NCBI GenBank assembly: GCA_963813135.1
Contig: CAWEXY010000021.1
Span: 1 to 64,000 of the forward strand
Origin: an uncultured Verrucomicrobiae bacterium
GTDB taxonomy: Bacteria; Chlamydiota; Chlamydiia; Chlamydiales; Rhabdochlamydiaceae
Direction: 5' to 3'
Length of the DNA: 64,000 nt
Program-made: the position numbers and the translations under genes
In this document: positions 42,297-54,862 of the stretch, in pieces
How the letters are laid out: every line of letters begins with the position of its first letter
Numbering within the stretch: position 1 is the stretch's first letter
The notes under the pieces: model-generated
The model's database searches: none
What the model was told of the DNA's origin: nothing
Seen by the model: only the letters and a program-made list of their open reading frames with translations

Positions 42297-44843
42297 ATGT
42301 TCGATAAATTTACTAATCGCGCAAAACAAGTCATCAAGCTCGCTAAGAAAGAAGCCCAACGCCTCAATCACAATTATCTTGGCACAGAGCATGTACTCCT
42401 CGGGCTCCTCAAGCTCGGGCAAGGGATCGCCGTCAATGTACTGCGCAACCTCAACCTCGACTATGAAACTGTCCGCCAAGAGGTCGAACGGCTCGTCGGA
42501 TTCGGACCTGAGATCCAAGTCTATGGCGACCCCGCCCTCACCGCCAAGGTTAAAAAAGTCTTCGAGTTCGCCAATGAAGAAGCCGCCAGCCTCGGTCATA
42601 ATTATGTCGGCACCGAACATCTCCTCCTCGCCCTCCTTAGAGAAACCGACGGCGTCGCCGCCCAAGTCCTCGAAAACCTCAATATCAACCTCAAAGACGT
42701 CCGCAAAGAAGTCCTCAAAGAACTCGAGACCTTCAACCTGCAGCTTCCCCCCATGGGCATGGGGACCCCTCCTCCCGCAGCTGGAGGCCCATCTCCTGGC
42801 AAAGTGCCCGAGAAGGGAGGCCTCTCCGCCGATAAAATGCCCGCGCTGAAGGCCTATGGCCATGACCTTACCGAACTTTGCCGCGAAGGCAAACTCGACC
42901 CCGTCATCGGACGCAAGGAAGAAGTCGAACGCCTCATCCTCATCCTCTGCCGCCGCCGCAAAAACAACCCCGTCCTCATCGGAGAAGCCGGCGTTGGTAA
43001 GACCGCCATCGTCGAAGGCCTCGCCCATGCGATCGTCAAAGGCGAAGTTCCCGACAATCTCGCCAAGAAAAAGCTCATTTCCCTCGATCTCACGCTCATG
43101 ATCGCCGGAACGAAATACCGCGGCCAATTTGAAGAGCGCATCAAAGCCGTCATGGACGAGATCAAAAAGAGCGGCAACGTCCTCATGTTCATCGACGAGC
43201 TCCACACCATCGTGGGAGCCGGCGCCGCAGAAGGCGCCATCGACGCTTCCAACATCTTAAAGCCAGCCCTCGCTCGCGGAGAAATCCAGTGCATTGGCGC
43301 GACAACCCTCGATGAATACCGCAAACACATCGAAAAAGATGCCGCTCTTGAGCGCCGCTTCCAAAAAATCCTCGTCGCTCCCCCCTCCATCGAAGAGAGC
43401 ATCCAGATCCTCATGGGCCTCAAACCCAAGTACGAGCAGCACCACCGCTGCTTCTATACCGATGCCGCTGTTAAAGCCGCCGCCTACCTTTCTGACCGTT
43501 ACATCACCGGCCGGTTCCTGCCCGATAAGGCCATCGACCTCATGGACGAGGCCGGCGCGAAAGCCCGCATCGCCTCCATGCACCAGCCGCAAGATATCAC
43601 CAAATACGAGACAGAGATCGAAGAAGTGCGCCTGGCCAAAGAAGACGCCATCGCCAAGCAAGAGTATGAAAAGGCCGCCAAACTGCGCGACAAAGAGAAA
43701 AACCTCCGCGACGAGCTCCAAAATCAAATCCATCAATGGGAAAACCGCAAAGACGAACAGCAAGTCATCGTCGATGAAGAAGAGATCGCGTTCATCGTCG
43801 CTAAACAAACCGGCGTTCCGCTCACCCGCCTCACAGAAGGTGAGACAACGAAAGTCCTCAAGATGGAAGAAGAGCTCAAACAAGCCATCATCGGTCAAGA
43901 CGATGCCGTCCGCACCGTCTGCAGCTCCATCCGCCGCAGCCGTGCCGACATTAAAGATCCTAACCGCCCCATTGGCGCGTTCCTGTTCCTAGGCCCCACA
44001 GGCGTTGGCAAAACGCTCCTCGCCAAACAGCTCGCCATCCACATGTTCGGCGGCGAAGACGCCCTCATCCAAGTCGACATGTCCGAGTACATGGAGAAAT
44101 TTGCCGTCAGCCGCATGACCGGCTCTCCTCCCGGCTATGTCGGTTACGAAGAAGGCGGACAACTCACCGAGCAAGTCCGTCAGCGCCCCTATTGCGTCGT
44201 CCTCTTTGACGAAATCGAAAAAGCCCATCGCGATGTGATGAACCTCCTCCTGCAAGTCCTCGAAGAAGGACGCCTCACCGACGCGTTTGGCCGCAAGATC
44301 GATTTCCGCAATACGATCATCATCATGACCTCCAACCTCGGCGCCGACCTCATCCGCGGTCAAACCGAAGTCGGGTTTGGCGCATCTCAAGCAGTCCTTG
44401 ATGAGAAGAAAATGAGAGCGACGATCAAAAAAGCCTCTGAAAAACACTTCCCGCCCGAATTCCTCAACCGCCTTGACGGCCTCGTCATCTTCAAACCTCT
44501 CGACAAAGTCGAACTCCTCAAAGTCATCGACCTCGAGATGAAGAAAGTGCAAGAGCGTCTGACACGCAAGCACCTCCTTCTCACGCTCGATCAGTCAGCC
44601 AAAGACTTCCTCGTCCTCAAAGGATACGAGCCCGAGTTCGGCGCCCGCCCGATCCGCCGCGCGATCGAGCGGTATATCGAAGAGCCCCTCTCGGAATGGA
44701 TCCTACGCAACCCCAATAAGCAAGGAACGCTCCTTTGCTCAGTGAAAGGCGAAGAAGTCTCGTTCCAAGAGCAAGATATGCCAAGCGACGCGAAAGCGCC
44801 CCTGGCGCTTGCGGGGCCTGCGGGACAACAAGAGAAGAAATAG
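42297..44843 (+). CDS. clpC: ATP-dependent Clp protease ATP-binding subunit ClpC
   Basis: Two Clp-N repeats (GTEH.LL.L), [11 protein letters not shown] coil ([11 protein letters not shown]), GPTGVGKT and FGARPIRR. Confidence 0.97.
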   Translation: MFDKFTNRAKQVIKLAKKEAQRLNHNYLGTEHVLLGLLKLGQGIAVNVLRNLNLDYETVRQEVERLVGFGPEIQVYGDPALTAKVKKVFEFANEEAASLGHNYVGTEHLLLALLRETDGVAAQVLENLNINLKDVRKEVLKELETFNLQLPPMGMGTPPPAAGGPSPGKVPEKGGLSADKMPALKAYGHDLTELCREGKLDPVIGRKEEVERLILILCRRRKNNPVLIGEAGVGKTAIVEGLAHAIVKGEVPDNLAKKKLISLDLTLMIAGTKYRGQFEERIKAVMDEIKKSGNVLMFIDELHTIVGAGAAEGAIDASNILKPALARGEIQCIGATTLDEYRKHIEKDAALERRFQKILVAPPSIEESIQILMGLKPKYEQHHRCFYTDAAVKAAAYLSDRYITGRFLPDKAIDLMDEAGAKARIASMHQPQDITKYETEIEEVRLAKEDAIAKQEYEKAAKLRDKEKNLRDELQNQIHQWENRKDEQQVIVDEEEIAFIVAKQTGVPLTRLTEGETTKVLKMEEELKQAIIGQDDAVRTVCSSIRRSRADIKDPNRPIGAFLFLGPTGVGKTLLAKQLAIHMFGGEDALIQVDMSEYMEKFAVSRMTGSPPGYVGYEEGGQLTEQVRQRPYCVVLFDEIEKAHRDVMNLLLQVLEEGRLTDAFGRKIDFRNTIIIMTSNLGADLIRGQTEVGFGASQAVLDEKKMRATIKKASEKHFPPEFLNRLDGLVIFKPLDKVELLKVIDLEMKKVQERLTRKHLLLTLDQSAKDFLVLKGYEPEFGARPIRRAIERYIEEPLSEWILRNPNKQGTLLCSVKGEEVSFQEQDMPSDAKAPLALAGPAGQQEKK

Positions 44844-44846
44844 CCG

Positions 44847-45152
44847 TTAATCGTTGACGGCTCTATTTTTTAAAGCAATGAGCGCGATGTCGTAGCATTG
44901 GGCTGCGTTATTGAGATATTCTTCTTCCTTTTCCAGGCCGTCTCCGTCGATGACCTTTGCAGCCATTTCTGTCCAAAGTTCTGCCGCATAGAATATCGAG
45001 CGAATTTCTAGACAGTTGTTCAATTGTTTGCTTTCAGTGCTGAGCGGGGTCATTAACTTAGCGGCAGTATAGAGATCGCCATCCCGTTCAAATTTCTTTG
45101 CTAGTTGGTATATAGCGACTTGTTGCGCAGTCGAATCAATTATCGAAACCAT
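44847..45152 (-). CDS. hypothetical helical protein
   Basis: 101-aa ORF with upstream GGAGGG, convergent with clpC. Confidence 0.55.
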   Translation of the reverse strand: MVSIIDSTAQQVAIYQLAKKFERDGDLYTAAKLMTPLSTESKQLNNCLEIRSIFYAAELWTEMAAKVIDGDGLEKEEEYLNNAAQCYDIALIALKNRAVND

Positions 45153-45277
45153 CCAACCCTCCTACCTTTGCAGAAAAGCATACCGTTTTTTCTCGATATA
45201 CAAATAGCAAAAGAATGTGTAGCAATCCTTACAAAAATGCTTTTCCGTTTTCAGCTTCATGAAGTAAACTCTGTTGC

Positions 45278-48200
45278 ATGCGTTGGTATCTTCTAGCTCT
45301 TTTCTTCTCTGCGCAACTCTTCTCGGATAGTTCTTATACTCTGGCAGTGACTGAAGGCGAACCGTCCTCTCTCGTCGAAGGAATGGTCAGCGCCATTACG
45401 GGCGACCTTTATATATCCCACGAAGACACCTTTGTTCAAGGAGCTGTACCGCTGCAGCTTGTTCGGCATTATATAAGTGGCGATGGCAGAGGGAAGTTCG
45501 CAGGATGGACCTTTTTTAATTACTTCGAAGCCACCTACCAAAGCACTGATGGCCCACCGATTATTACTATCCGAGATATGAATGGAACGCTTTGCCAATA
45601 CAAAGGTTCTGCTGAAGAAGTGAAAAAGCATTACGAAAGGCGCAAAAAGACAAATGGGAATCTTGCAAAAAGCAGATTTTCTAGCGCCGCGACTCAAATG
45701 CCCGGATTCACCAATACATCTCGCGGGCAACTCTCCGCTCTAACTAATCTTAAAAATGGCCATGTTCTCTTAGATGCAGACGCCGGATATTTTACTGTAT
45801 TCTCAGCAGATGGAACGCAAAGGTGCTATGGGAAAGCCCCTCATCAAGAAGACTTTGTTGCCGTTATTACGAATACAACGAATGAATCATTGAAATACCT
45901 CATCCAATGGGAACGCTTACCAACAGGGCCCATCATTTTTTATGGTTACAACAAGAAAAACTCGATCAATTCCATTCGCATCACCAGCCCCGATCATTCC
46001 AAAAATTATGCCTCCATTAGCTTCAATTACACAAAAAAGGATGAAAAAGAAGATTGCGAGGCCCACACCAGCGATGGGAAAAAAATCGAATACCGCTACA
46101 AGAACCGTCAAAAAGACATTGACAAAGCCGATTCTTTTTGTCTCCGTCACGTTAGTTCTTCAACAACACCTCCAAATGGCCTTGATTATTACGAGATGCA
46201 CACTTATTGCGGCCCTCTCTTACGCCATTACGGCACAGCAGCCAATCGTTTCTTTAACATCGACTATTATCGTCCCCACCATAATGACGTTGGGGGCGTG
46301 GGTGTCCATATCTCGAAACACGACTCTCGCATCACTCGCGTCAAAACATTAAGCGCCCCTGTGGGCACGGATGCCACCCCCCATGTGACGCATCGTTTTT
46401 TTTATGACATGGGAAATCGCTGCACTGATGTTCGCCAAATCGACAACACGCTCACACGCTATTACTACTCCCCGAGCTGCGCCTCAACACGATCCAACGT
46501 TTTGGGAAAAATGACGCTCACATCCATAGCGAGACCTTCCTTTGGGGAGGCGATGGAACTCTTTTTTGCCGAAGCTTTTTAGATTCTAAAAACAAGCCGT
46601 ATTTTTCCCGGCGTTTCATCTATGATGGCAGCGGCAATGTTCTCGAAGAAAGATTTTATGGCAATTTCTCCGGCACATCTTCGGGCCCGACAATGGGGAA
46701 CGACGGTTATCCCTTAGAAAATACGAGCGAAGTCTGTGTCACTAAATTTGAATATTCGCAAGACGGCCGCAACCTTCTCATCCGCAAACAAGAGTCCAAC
46801 GGCCAAGTTACACTCTTCTCCTATCTTTCGAATGCGACCCTTCTTTCTTCTAAATTTATCTGTGACGGCGACCAGATAAAAATTCGTCAATTCTACGAAT
46901 ATAATAACGATCTCATCTTGACCCGGGAGGTCATCGACAATGGCAGCTCCCCTGATCCTGCTAATCTCTCAGGCGTCACAGTACGAAAAATTAAAACGAT
47001 CATTCCTATCAGCAGCGGGACGTTCGTCAACATGCCCTATGTCATCGAAGAAAAGTACTGGAATGGCTCTGGAGAAGTTCTGCTCAATAAAATCGGCTTT
47101 ATCTATGACGGCCAGGGCCGTATCTCCCAAAAACATATCTATGACAGCCAAGGAAACTTTTGTTATGCACTTAAAACCTCCTACGATGGGCACGGCAATC
47201 CCGTCGAAGAGACCAACGCCATAGGCCAAGCCGCCAAATATGCGTATGATGAAGTCGACAACTGCATCTTTTCCCAAGATGCTAGTGGAAAGAAGTCTAT
47301 GCGCATGTCCTATGACTTTTCTAATCGCCTCATTCAAACAGAAGAGGCCGGCATCGATGGGACGAAGCGCATCACTCAGCATCGCTATGACGGCAAGCAT
47401 AATAAAATTGCCTCTATCGATCCTTATGGGAACGAAACCCGCTATGTCCACGACAACCTTGGCCATATCCTTGAAACCCACCTTCCTTCGTCCACCGATC
47501 TTCATCCCGTTCTCTACTCGAGTTATGACGACGCAGGAAGAGAGATAGCCCAAATTGATGCCAACGGGAACACCACGACCAAACAATACAATGCCCGCAA
47601 TCAGGTAATGTCTGTCACGCATCCCGATGGCACAGAAGAACACTTTATTTACAATATCGATGGCACACTCAAAACCCGCATCGATGCCCTCGGAACAACC
47701 ACCGGCTACACGTACGATTATTTAGGCCGTCAAACATCCATCACAACCTCCTTTCAAGGCGATATTCTCACCCAAGAGCACTTTACCTATGATGGATTCA
47801 ATCTCCTTTCAAAAACCGATGCCGAGGGCAATACCACCTATTATTTCTACGATGGCGCAGGCCGTAAAATTGCTGAAGAGCTCGATGGAGAACGCATCAA
47901 CTACAGTTACGACTCCCTTGGGCGCCTTCATATCGTCCAAAAGGGCGATCTTCTTTCGATCACCGAATATGATCTTCTCAACCAAGTCATCGAAGAAAGA
48001 AACGAAGATACTTCGGGCACTCTTCTCACCAAAACCCTCTACGCCTATGATGAAGCTGGCAACCGCTCTTCCATTACAACCTATCCGCATAACAAAGAAG
48101 CTAAAGAACACTTCCTCTACGACGCCTTCAACAGGCTCATCCAACAAGTAGATGCCCTAGGCCATACTACCTCTATCGCCTACAACGACCACTACCGGAA

Positions 48201-50691
48201 TACGCAAGGACAATATGTCCTGCAAAAAACAACCACCGACCCCGTGGGCCTCCAAACCATCGAAACCTTCGACGTTTACGGCAGACTCGCGGCGACAGAA
48301 GTGTGTAATTCTTTCGGAGAGCTCATCAAACACGAAGAGCAAGCGTTCGATGCAAATGGCAACACCATCTACCATCGAGATTCTCGCCAAGTTGCCACTC
48401 TATGGGAATACGATTCGATGAACCGCCCCATTTCTTTGGCTGAAGCTGCCAACACCCCCTCTCAAAAAATCACGCGCTATTCCTACACCCCCATAGGCCA
48501 ACTGGATCAAACCATCAAACCCGATGGCACGCTCATTCAAAATATCTACGATCCCCTCGGACTCCTCATCGAACTCAAATCCTCCGATATTCATTATTCG
48601 TTCCGATATAACCGCCTAGGCCAAGAAATTGAAAGCCGCGATATGCACACCAAGGCCACCGTCCTCCGTACCTACGATTCCCATGGTCGCACCCTCTCAG
48701 AGACCCTTCCCCATAATCTAACCATTTCAAAAACCTATGACGACCAAGGGCGGCGCGCGCGCCTTAACTTACCTGACGGCTCCTCCGTCCAATATCTCTA
48801 TGACGCCCTCTACACTCGCTCCATCCACCGCCTCTCATCCCGAGGAAAGACTCTCTACTCTCACTACTACACAGACTATGACCTCAGCAGCAACCTCCTA
48901 AAGCAGCAACTCATTGGAAATGCCGGCACGCTCACAACGACAATCGACCCCCTCCACCGTACCATTGCCACGCACTCCTCTCACTTCTTACAGCAAATCA
49001 CCGCCTTTGACGCCATCGGCAACATTCTCGCACTCTCTACCCAAAATACTTCGCAGTCCTTTACCTATGACCATCTCTACCAACTCATTTCCGAAAATGC
49101 TCACATCTACGCTTATGACTCCCACTCCAACCGCCTACAAAAGGATAACGAACCCTACACCCTTAACGTTCTCAACCAGATTCCCTCCCACTATCAATAC
49201 GACGACAACGGAAACCCCATCGCTGACCTCGATAACCATTATCAATACGACTCCCTAGACCGTCTAATTTCTGTACAAACGCCGTACCACCGCGTCACCT
49301 TTACCTACGACGCCCATCACCGCCGTCTCACTAAAACAACCTACATTTTCGCTGATGCTCCCATGTATGATTGGATTGAACGAGAAACGATCCATTTCCT
49401 CTATGATGATGACAAAGAGATCGGTGCAGCCGATGCACACGGCAGCCTCCTCCAATTCCGCGTCCTTCATCCCGATGCCTTATCCGAGCGCGGCGCTGCT
49501 ATCGCTCTTGAACTCAACCAAAAAACCTATGCTCCCCTCCACGATCTTTTTGGCAATATCATCTCGCTCATTTCCCTTACTGGCGCCCCGATAGAAACCT
49601 ACTCTTACACCGCCTTTGGCGAGGAACAGATCTTCGATAAAAGAGGCTATTCCCTCAACGTCAGCTATGCCCACAATCCTTGGAGATATGCTTCCAAACG
49701 CATCGATGAAGAAACAGGTCTCATCTTCTTTGGCCGTCGTTACTATACGCCCCTGCATGGCCGCTGGTTCACTCCGGACCCCGCAGGCTACGTAGATGGT
49801 TACAATCTATACTCCTTCGTCGCTAACAACCCCTTTCTCAACATCGATCTCTACGGTCTTGCCATCGAGCGCTCCTTCGGCCTCAACCCCGACGGTTCCT
49901 TTGAAATCCGACAATTCGATCCCATCAAAACTCTGGACCACCAGCCGCCCTCCTACTCCTTGAGCAATTCCTCTTACTCCTATCAGCAGGATTCTCGAGA
50001 TAATGACTCCAGTTCGCGAGATATTTCACATGTCAAAAATCTAGCTGTTGCCTCATTAGATGCCGCTGGCCGCAGCCTGCGCAATACAAATTCTTTTTTC
50101 ACTAGCTTAGCTCCCATTTCAAACACTCCTTGGTCCAAGAAAATTAATGTATTTGAGGGCGCTTTTGAATATTGTCATTCTCTGCATCAGAAGCAATTGC
50201 ATAAAGTCTTGCCAGAGGAAGAGCGTGCCTCTTATTACGACACTGTGGTTTTGGGTGAATCCTTGGTTTTGGATCTAGTTATCGCTAGAAAGGCATCTGG
50301 TGAATTGGCATCAGGAGGATTGCGGCATTATATTGGAAAGGCTTTGAACTTTATCCAAGGGCGAAAAATCAACGGGCCTGCTTGCAGCTCTGTTAACGCA
50401 TTAAAGTTAAAAAATTCTCTCATATCAAAGGAAATATCAGGAGGACATGCTTTTACAAAACATGTCATCACCAGAAATGAATTTGGCGGATTCTCACAAT
50501 TTGAATTTGAGCAGCACATTAGGAATATAATAAACAATCCAACAGAAATGAAAATATTAACAAGAGGTCGTACAGCCTACTGGCATCAAGAAAGCAGAAC
50601 AGTCGTAATACGCGATCCCCTTCATCGCGATGGAGGAACAGCTTTTCGACCGACATTAGGGAAAAAATATTACGACGAGGTATTAAAATAA
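45278..50691 (+). CDS. Rhs/YD-repeat polymorphic toxin, ~1,800 aa (one homopolymer frameshift at 46,470-46,473)
   Basis: Signal peptide, VSAITGD..PLQLVRHY, many YD repeats, and core RYY.P..GRW.TPDP.G..DG.NLY.F..NNP...DLYGL (ends 49,860). One extra C joins ORFs 45278 and 46693. Confidence 0.9.
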
Positions 50692-50697
50692 GGAAAC

Positions 50698-51027
50698 ATG
50701 GAAAATAAAACCTTCAAAGTGAATCTTGAAAAAGATCGTCCAATAATTAACATTCTCGGCGAGATCTGTTGGGGTTTTCAAATAGAAAACTTTGAAAAGA
50801 AAATAGGCGTAAAGAAAGAAATCGCTGAAGCTTTACTAGAAAAGTTGTTAAAAGAAGAAAAAACAGGAGTCGTTGAAGTATTCCTCACCGAAAGTGATGT
50901 TAACATTATCAAAAGAGCTTTTACAGAGGTCTCCAGGGAGATCGAGAAATGGGAATTCCCTATACGGCTAGGCATTTCTCTAGAAGAGGCATCACAAATT
51001 GAAATTTTAAAACCAGAAAACAACTAA
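50698..51027 (+). CDS. putative cognate immunity protein of the Rhs toxin
   Basis: Small acidic AT-rich ORF 6 bp after the toxin stop, with RBS AAGGA. Confidence 0.75.
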   Translation: MENKTFKVNLEKDRPIINILGEICWGFQIENFEKKIGVKKEIAEALLEKLLKEEKTGVVEVFLTESDVNIIKRAFTEVSREIEKWEFPIRLGISLEEASQIEILKPENN

Positions 51028-51161
51028 CAAACTAAAGCTAGCAAATAAAATAATTTTGCAACAAAAAAAGATATAATACTGCTAACATCTCACCTGGAAA
51101 ATTGCCTCAATCATTCCTACATCTACAAAAAAAGCACAAAAGTTAATGAAGGCCATTAAAA

Positions 51162-51425
51162 ATGAAACTGATTAAATTAAATGAAGATGAATTTAAATAC
51201 ATATCTTCCGCTTCATTTTTATCTGAAAAATTACGTAAAAATCTAACTCAAGGTCTTCAGAACAATAGTCCCCCTTATTTATTGAATCTTTCCGAAGATA
51301 TTGCAGATGAATATAGAGATCTTTTCGGAGAACAACTCCAAATAAATGAGTTTGATGAAAATTATGAACTCACTAAAGAGGGAGCCATCCTTGAATCGTT
51401 AATTGATAAATTTTTTTGTGGATGA
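51162..51425 (+). CDS. putative orphan immunity protein
   Basis: 87-aa acidic ORF with ADEYRDLFGEQLQ..FDENYELT.EG.ILESLIDKF, a pattern recalled from immunity genes behind polymorphic toxins. Confidence 0.65.
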   Translation: MKLIKLNEDEFKYISSASFLSEKLRKNLTQGLQNNSPPYLLNLSEDIADEYRDLFGEQLQINEFDENYELTKEGAILESLIDKFFCG

Positions 51426-51465
51426 GACCTTTTTTTTCTCACACATAATGCCAATTAAGGAGCCT

Positions 51466-52410
51466 CTAGCAAGCTGTTTCTAGGACGAATTTTACAACCG
51501 ACGCGATGTTCCATATTTCTTTTTCAAATGCCTTAAATTTATGGCACAAATTATCGCTGTCAGTGACATAAGTTTTCATCTCTTTCGCGGCCATTTCAGA
51601 TAAAGCTTCGCAGCTTAATTGAGAAGTCTCAGAGGATTTTTCAGAGCCTTCTGATGGCAAAGGAAGAAAATATATGTTATAGTCCGTAAAACCCCGTGTG
51701 TATTTTCGAACATTTGCTTCTAAACTCTTAGGATCTATGGCTTGTCCACTGAAAAATGTTTCCACAAAAGCCTTTTGCCTATAAGCCCGAAGTTGGATGT
51801 TAGCTGGTTCTGGCGTCATAGGATCTATTTCTTTTAATACATCCTCTTTGACCTGATTGATAATCGCCCGGTCATATCCTTCGAGCCTTATCCGCTTTGT
51901 TATCTTTAGATGAGTAATTAATACTCCTTCTTTATCGTATGCTTGATTAGCGCTTGTGCCGATAATATCCCTTTCGTCAAAATAGAGAGAAACAAAATTG
52001 GCCATATGTTTTGGAATCGCAATTCCTCCGAACAAATAAACGTTCAATTTTCTCTGTTCTTCAGGATTTAGCTTTATTAAAGCCAGCCTTGTGATTTCCG
52101 TTCCATGGCTATGAGCAAATAACGCCACACGCGATTTTAATTGCAATTTCAAACGGATTTGTTCGACCAAGAAATTCGCTAGAGCAGCTTCGCTTTCGAC
52201 TTGAGCAGCAGAGCCAAAATTGAAGTATCCCGACACCTTTGTAAAATTATATACAATTGTTACAACACGCTCATTGAACGCCTTTGAAATGAGGCTCGCC
52301 TGTTCCATGGCTTGTTCTTGTGAAGATTCAATCCCATTACAATACATCAGCTGGAATTGTGCTGGTGTGGCTGGATGCTTTCCAATATCAAAAACCGCTA
52401 AATTACTCAT
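51466..52410 (-). CDS. alpha/beta-hydrolase-like protein (DUF687-like, inferred)
   Basis: YCNGI...A..IS...VYN.T, nucleophile elbow AHSHG, VYLFGG, D.I and a late His (LCHKF). Confidence 0.6.
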   Translation of the reverse strand: MSNLAVFDIGKHPATPAQFQLMYCNGIESSQEQAMEQASLISKAFNERVVTIVYNFTKVSGYFNFGSAAQVESEAALANFLVEQIRLKLQLKSRVALFAHSHGTEITRLALIKLNPEEQRKLNVYLFGGIAIPKHMANFVSLYFDERDIIGTSANQAYDKEGVLITHLKITKRIRLEGYDRAIINQVKEDVLKEIDPMTPEPANIQLRAYRQKAFVETFFSGQAIDPKSLEANVRKYTRGFTDYNIYFLPLPSEGSEKSSETSQLSCEALSEMAAKEMKTYVTDSDNLCHKFKAFEKEIWNIASVVKFVLETAC

Positions 52411-52568
52411 AAACCCTGCCTTTGGCTAAAATGAAAGACAATACTAGCAGAATCTATACCTATAACTAAAGTAAAGAAATTATTTTAATAGCAGCTCAAA
52501 GCGCCTATGTGCATGGTCATAACATTCTCATGATGAAAGACTTGGAGTTAAAACACAACTCGCTGATT

Positions 52569-53189
52569 CTAAGTGGCTAAATACTTCACAAACCAGAGCT
52601 CTGCAAGCCTTGCCGCTTGCTCCAGCGTTCCCGCTTCTTCGAATAGATGCGTCGCCCCCGGAATAATCTGCATATCTTTCACGCAGCTCAGAAGCTCGTA
52701 AGCTTCTCTGTTCATCTCTATCACGGGAGCATCATCGCCGCCTACGATGAGAAGCGTCGGCGCTTTTACCCTGGGCAAAGCCTTTGCTGCCAGATCAGGA
52801 CGTCCACCCCTCGATACCACCGCCCCAATCTTCGGATCTCCTGCAGCAGCGATCAGCGCCGCGGCAGCGCCGGTGCTCGCCCCAAAATACCCGATCTTCA
52901 GTCCCCTCGCCTCCGGCTGTTTTCGCAGCCATTCCGTAATCCCCACCAGTCTTTTCGCCAAAAGTTCGATGTTAAATCTTTCTTCGACTTTATCTTCTTT
53001 AGGCACGAGCAAATCAATGAGCAGCGTTCCTAAATCGCTTTCCCTGAGGTGCTCAGCGACAAATTGATTTCTTGGGCTTAAGCGGCTGCTTCCGCTCCCA
53101 TGAGCAAAAATGACAACCCCTTTAGCCCCTGGAGGGATTAAAAGATTTCCTTCTAAGGTGACATCTTGAAGCTGGACTTTCATCGTCAT
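52569..53189 (-). CDS. dienelactone hydrolase family alpha/beta hydrolase
   Basis: FAHGSGSSRLSPRN, GYFGASTG, VVSRGGRPDLA, PTLLIVGG.D, GATHLFEE. Confidence 0.92.
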   Translation of the reverse strand: MTMKVQLQDVTLEGNLLIPPGAKGVVIFAHGSGSSRLSPRNQFVAEHLRESDLGTLLIDLLVPKEDKVEERFNIELLAKRLVGITEWLRKQPEARGLKIGYFGASTGAAAALIAAAGDPKIGAVVSRGGRPDLAAKALPRVKAPTLLIVGGDDAPVIEMNREAYELLSCVKDMQIIPGATHLFEEAGTLEQAARLAELWFVKYLAT

Positions 53190-53225
53190 AGAATTATTAC
53201 ATAATATCCTTTATAATTCTTTCCT

Positions 53226-54272
53226 ATGAAAAGAGTAATTGTCGGCATGTCGGGAGGAGTTGATTCTTCGGTATCAGCCCTGCTTCTTAAGCAGCAGGGA
53301 TACGAAGTCACAGGCCTCTTCATGAAAAATTGGGAAGAGACGGGTCCCGATGGACAATGCCACGCCACCCAAGATTACGAAGATGTCGCCAAAGTCTGCG
53401 ATCAGATCGGCATTCCCTACTACACTGTCAACTTTGCTCAGGAATATTGGGACCGCGTTTTTTCGCTTTTCATCGAAGAGCTTAAACTCGGATATACTCC
53501 CAACCCCGATGTTCTCTGCAATCGCGAGATCAAGTTTAAAGCCTTTTTTGAAAAGGCCCTCACCCTCGGCGCCGATTATATCGCGACAGGCCACTATGCC
53601 CAAACAAAAGACGGCCGCCTTCTTTGCAGCACCGATAATGATAAAGATCAGACCTATTTTCTCTATACCGTCAAAGACCGCATTCTTTCTCAAACGCTTT
53701 TTCCGATCGGCCACTTGACCAAGCCCGAGGTCCGCGCCCTAGCATTAGCGCACAACCTTCCTACCGCTGAGAAAAAAGACAGCACCGGCATCTGCTTTAT
53801 CGGCGAGCGTAAGTTCAGCACCTTTCTCAATCGCTACATCGCCTATCAGACCGGCCCCTTTCAGACCATGGACGGCCGCACCGTGGGCGAGCATAAGGGC
53901 GTTGCCTATTATACGATCGGCCAGCGCAAAGGTCTTGCCATCGGAGGGCCCGGCGATGCGTGGTTCGTTGTCGCTAAAGACACAGCGCGCAACATCGTCT
54001 TTGTCGAGCAAGGCGCCGATCATCCCGCCCTCTATCGCGACCATCTTACCGCAACCGACATCAGCTGGGTCCATGCACCGCCCTCGCTTCCGCTGACCTG
54101 TACCGCAAAAATCCGCTACCGCCAGCCCAGCCAGGAGTGCACGATTGAAAAAATGGAAGACGGCCGTCTTTTTGTGAAGTTTCCCTCGCCGCAGCGTGCA
54201 GTTACTCCACGCCAATCCATCGTCTTTTACGACGAGAGGATCTGCCTCGGAGGAGCTATCATCGAAGAATAA
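53226..54272 (+). CDS. mnmA: tRNA-specific 2-thiouridylase
   Basis: [53 protein letters not shown]. Confidence 0.97.
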   Translation: MKRVIVGMSGGVDSSVSALLLKQQGYEVTGLFMKNWEETGPDGQCHATQDYEDVAKVCDQIGIPYYTVNFAQEYWDRVFSLFIEELKLGYTPNPDVLCNREIKFKAFFEKALTLGADYIATGHYAQTKDGRLLCSTDNDKDQTYFLYTVKDRILSQTLFPIGHLTKPEVRALALAHNLPTAEKKDSTGICFIGERKFSTFLNRYIAYQTGPFQTMDGRTVGEHKGVAYYTIGQRKGLAIGGPGDAWFVVAKDTARNIVFVEQGADHPALYRDHLTATDISWVHAPPSLPLTCTAKIRYRQPSQECTIEKMEDGRLFVKFPSPQRAVTPRQSIVFYDERICLGGAIIEE

Positions 54273-54310
54273 AACCTTGTATCTTTGATTATCATAAGGA
54301 GAGTCAACTC

Positions 54311-54853
54311 ATGATCAATACAACTCAAACACAAGTTCAGAAAAAAGTAAAAAGACCCTTCACAATCGAAGCCCTAATCCTGATGTTCAATAGCATTCAA
54401 TTGCATATTGACAAGGCCTCTGGTGCAGCAACCGCTCTAGATTTGCGATTACGCGCGATTGCTCAATTAGAACCTAAGGTGCAGGCTGCATTAAAAAAGA
54501 AAAAAAGGCCACCTTATCATCAAGCAAAACTTTCCCACTTGATTGAAGCTATTCTCGAGGTTTTCCCAGACCAACTTAGTCTAACTGAGCAGGCCAAACT
54601 CCAGAATTGTCGACAACCAAGAAATAAAGCCACCCATGGGAGCTTTGCTGAACTAATGATTGAATTAAATGGAAAAGCTCCCAGCAGAGAAATTGATCGC
54701 AAAACTCTGAAACCAAAACCACTAGCTGAAGATGATATAATTGAAGGAGCAATATGCATAGAACGGAATGGTGGTCTTGAAGATTTTTCTCGCAGAGCAA
54801 AAGAAGCAATTGAAATTCTTGAAAAGAAAGTTATGCGTTCTCTTCAGCCATAG
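54311..54853 (+). CDS. hypothetical protein with HEPN-like Rx4H motif
   Basis: RBS AAGGAG; helical protein with LSHLIE...LQNCRQPRNKATHG; AT-rich. Confidence 0.6.
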   Translation: MINTTQTQVQKKVKRPFTIEALILMFNSIQLHIDKASGAATALDLRLRAIAQLEPKVQAALKKKKRPPYHQAKLSHLIEAILEVFPDQLSLTEQAKLQNCRQPRNKATHGSFAELMIELNGKAPSREIDRKTLKPKPLAEDDIIEGAICIERNGGLEDFSRRAKEAIEILEKKVMRSLQP

Positions 54854-54862
54854 GAGTAATAC

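Noticed and set aside
46465..46480. Programmed frameshift or phase variation in Rhs
   Set aside because: Only a C4 run with no slippery heptamer; the same single-base loss at ~37,797 points to homopolymer sequencing error.
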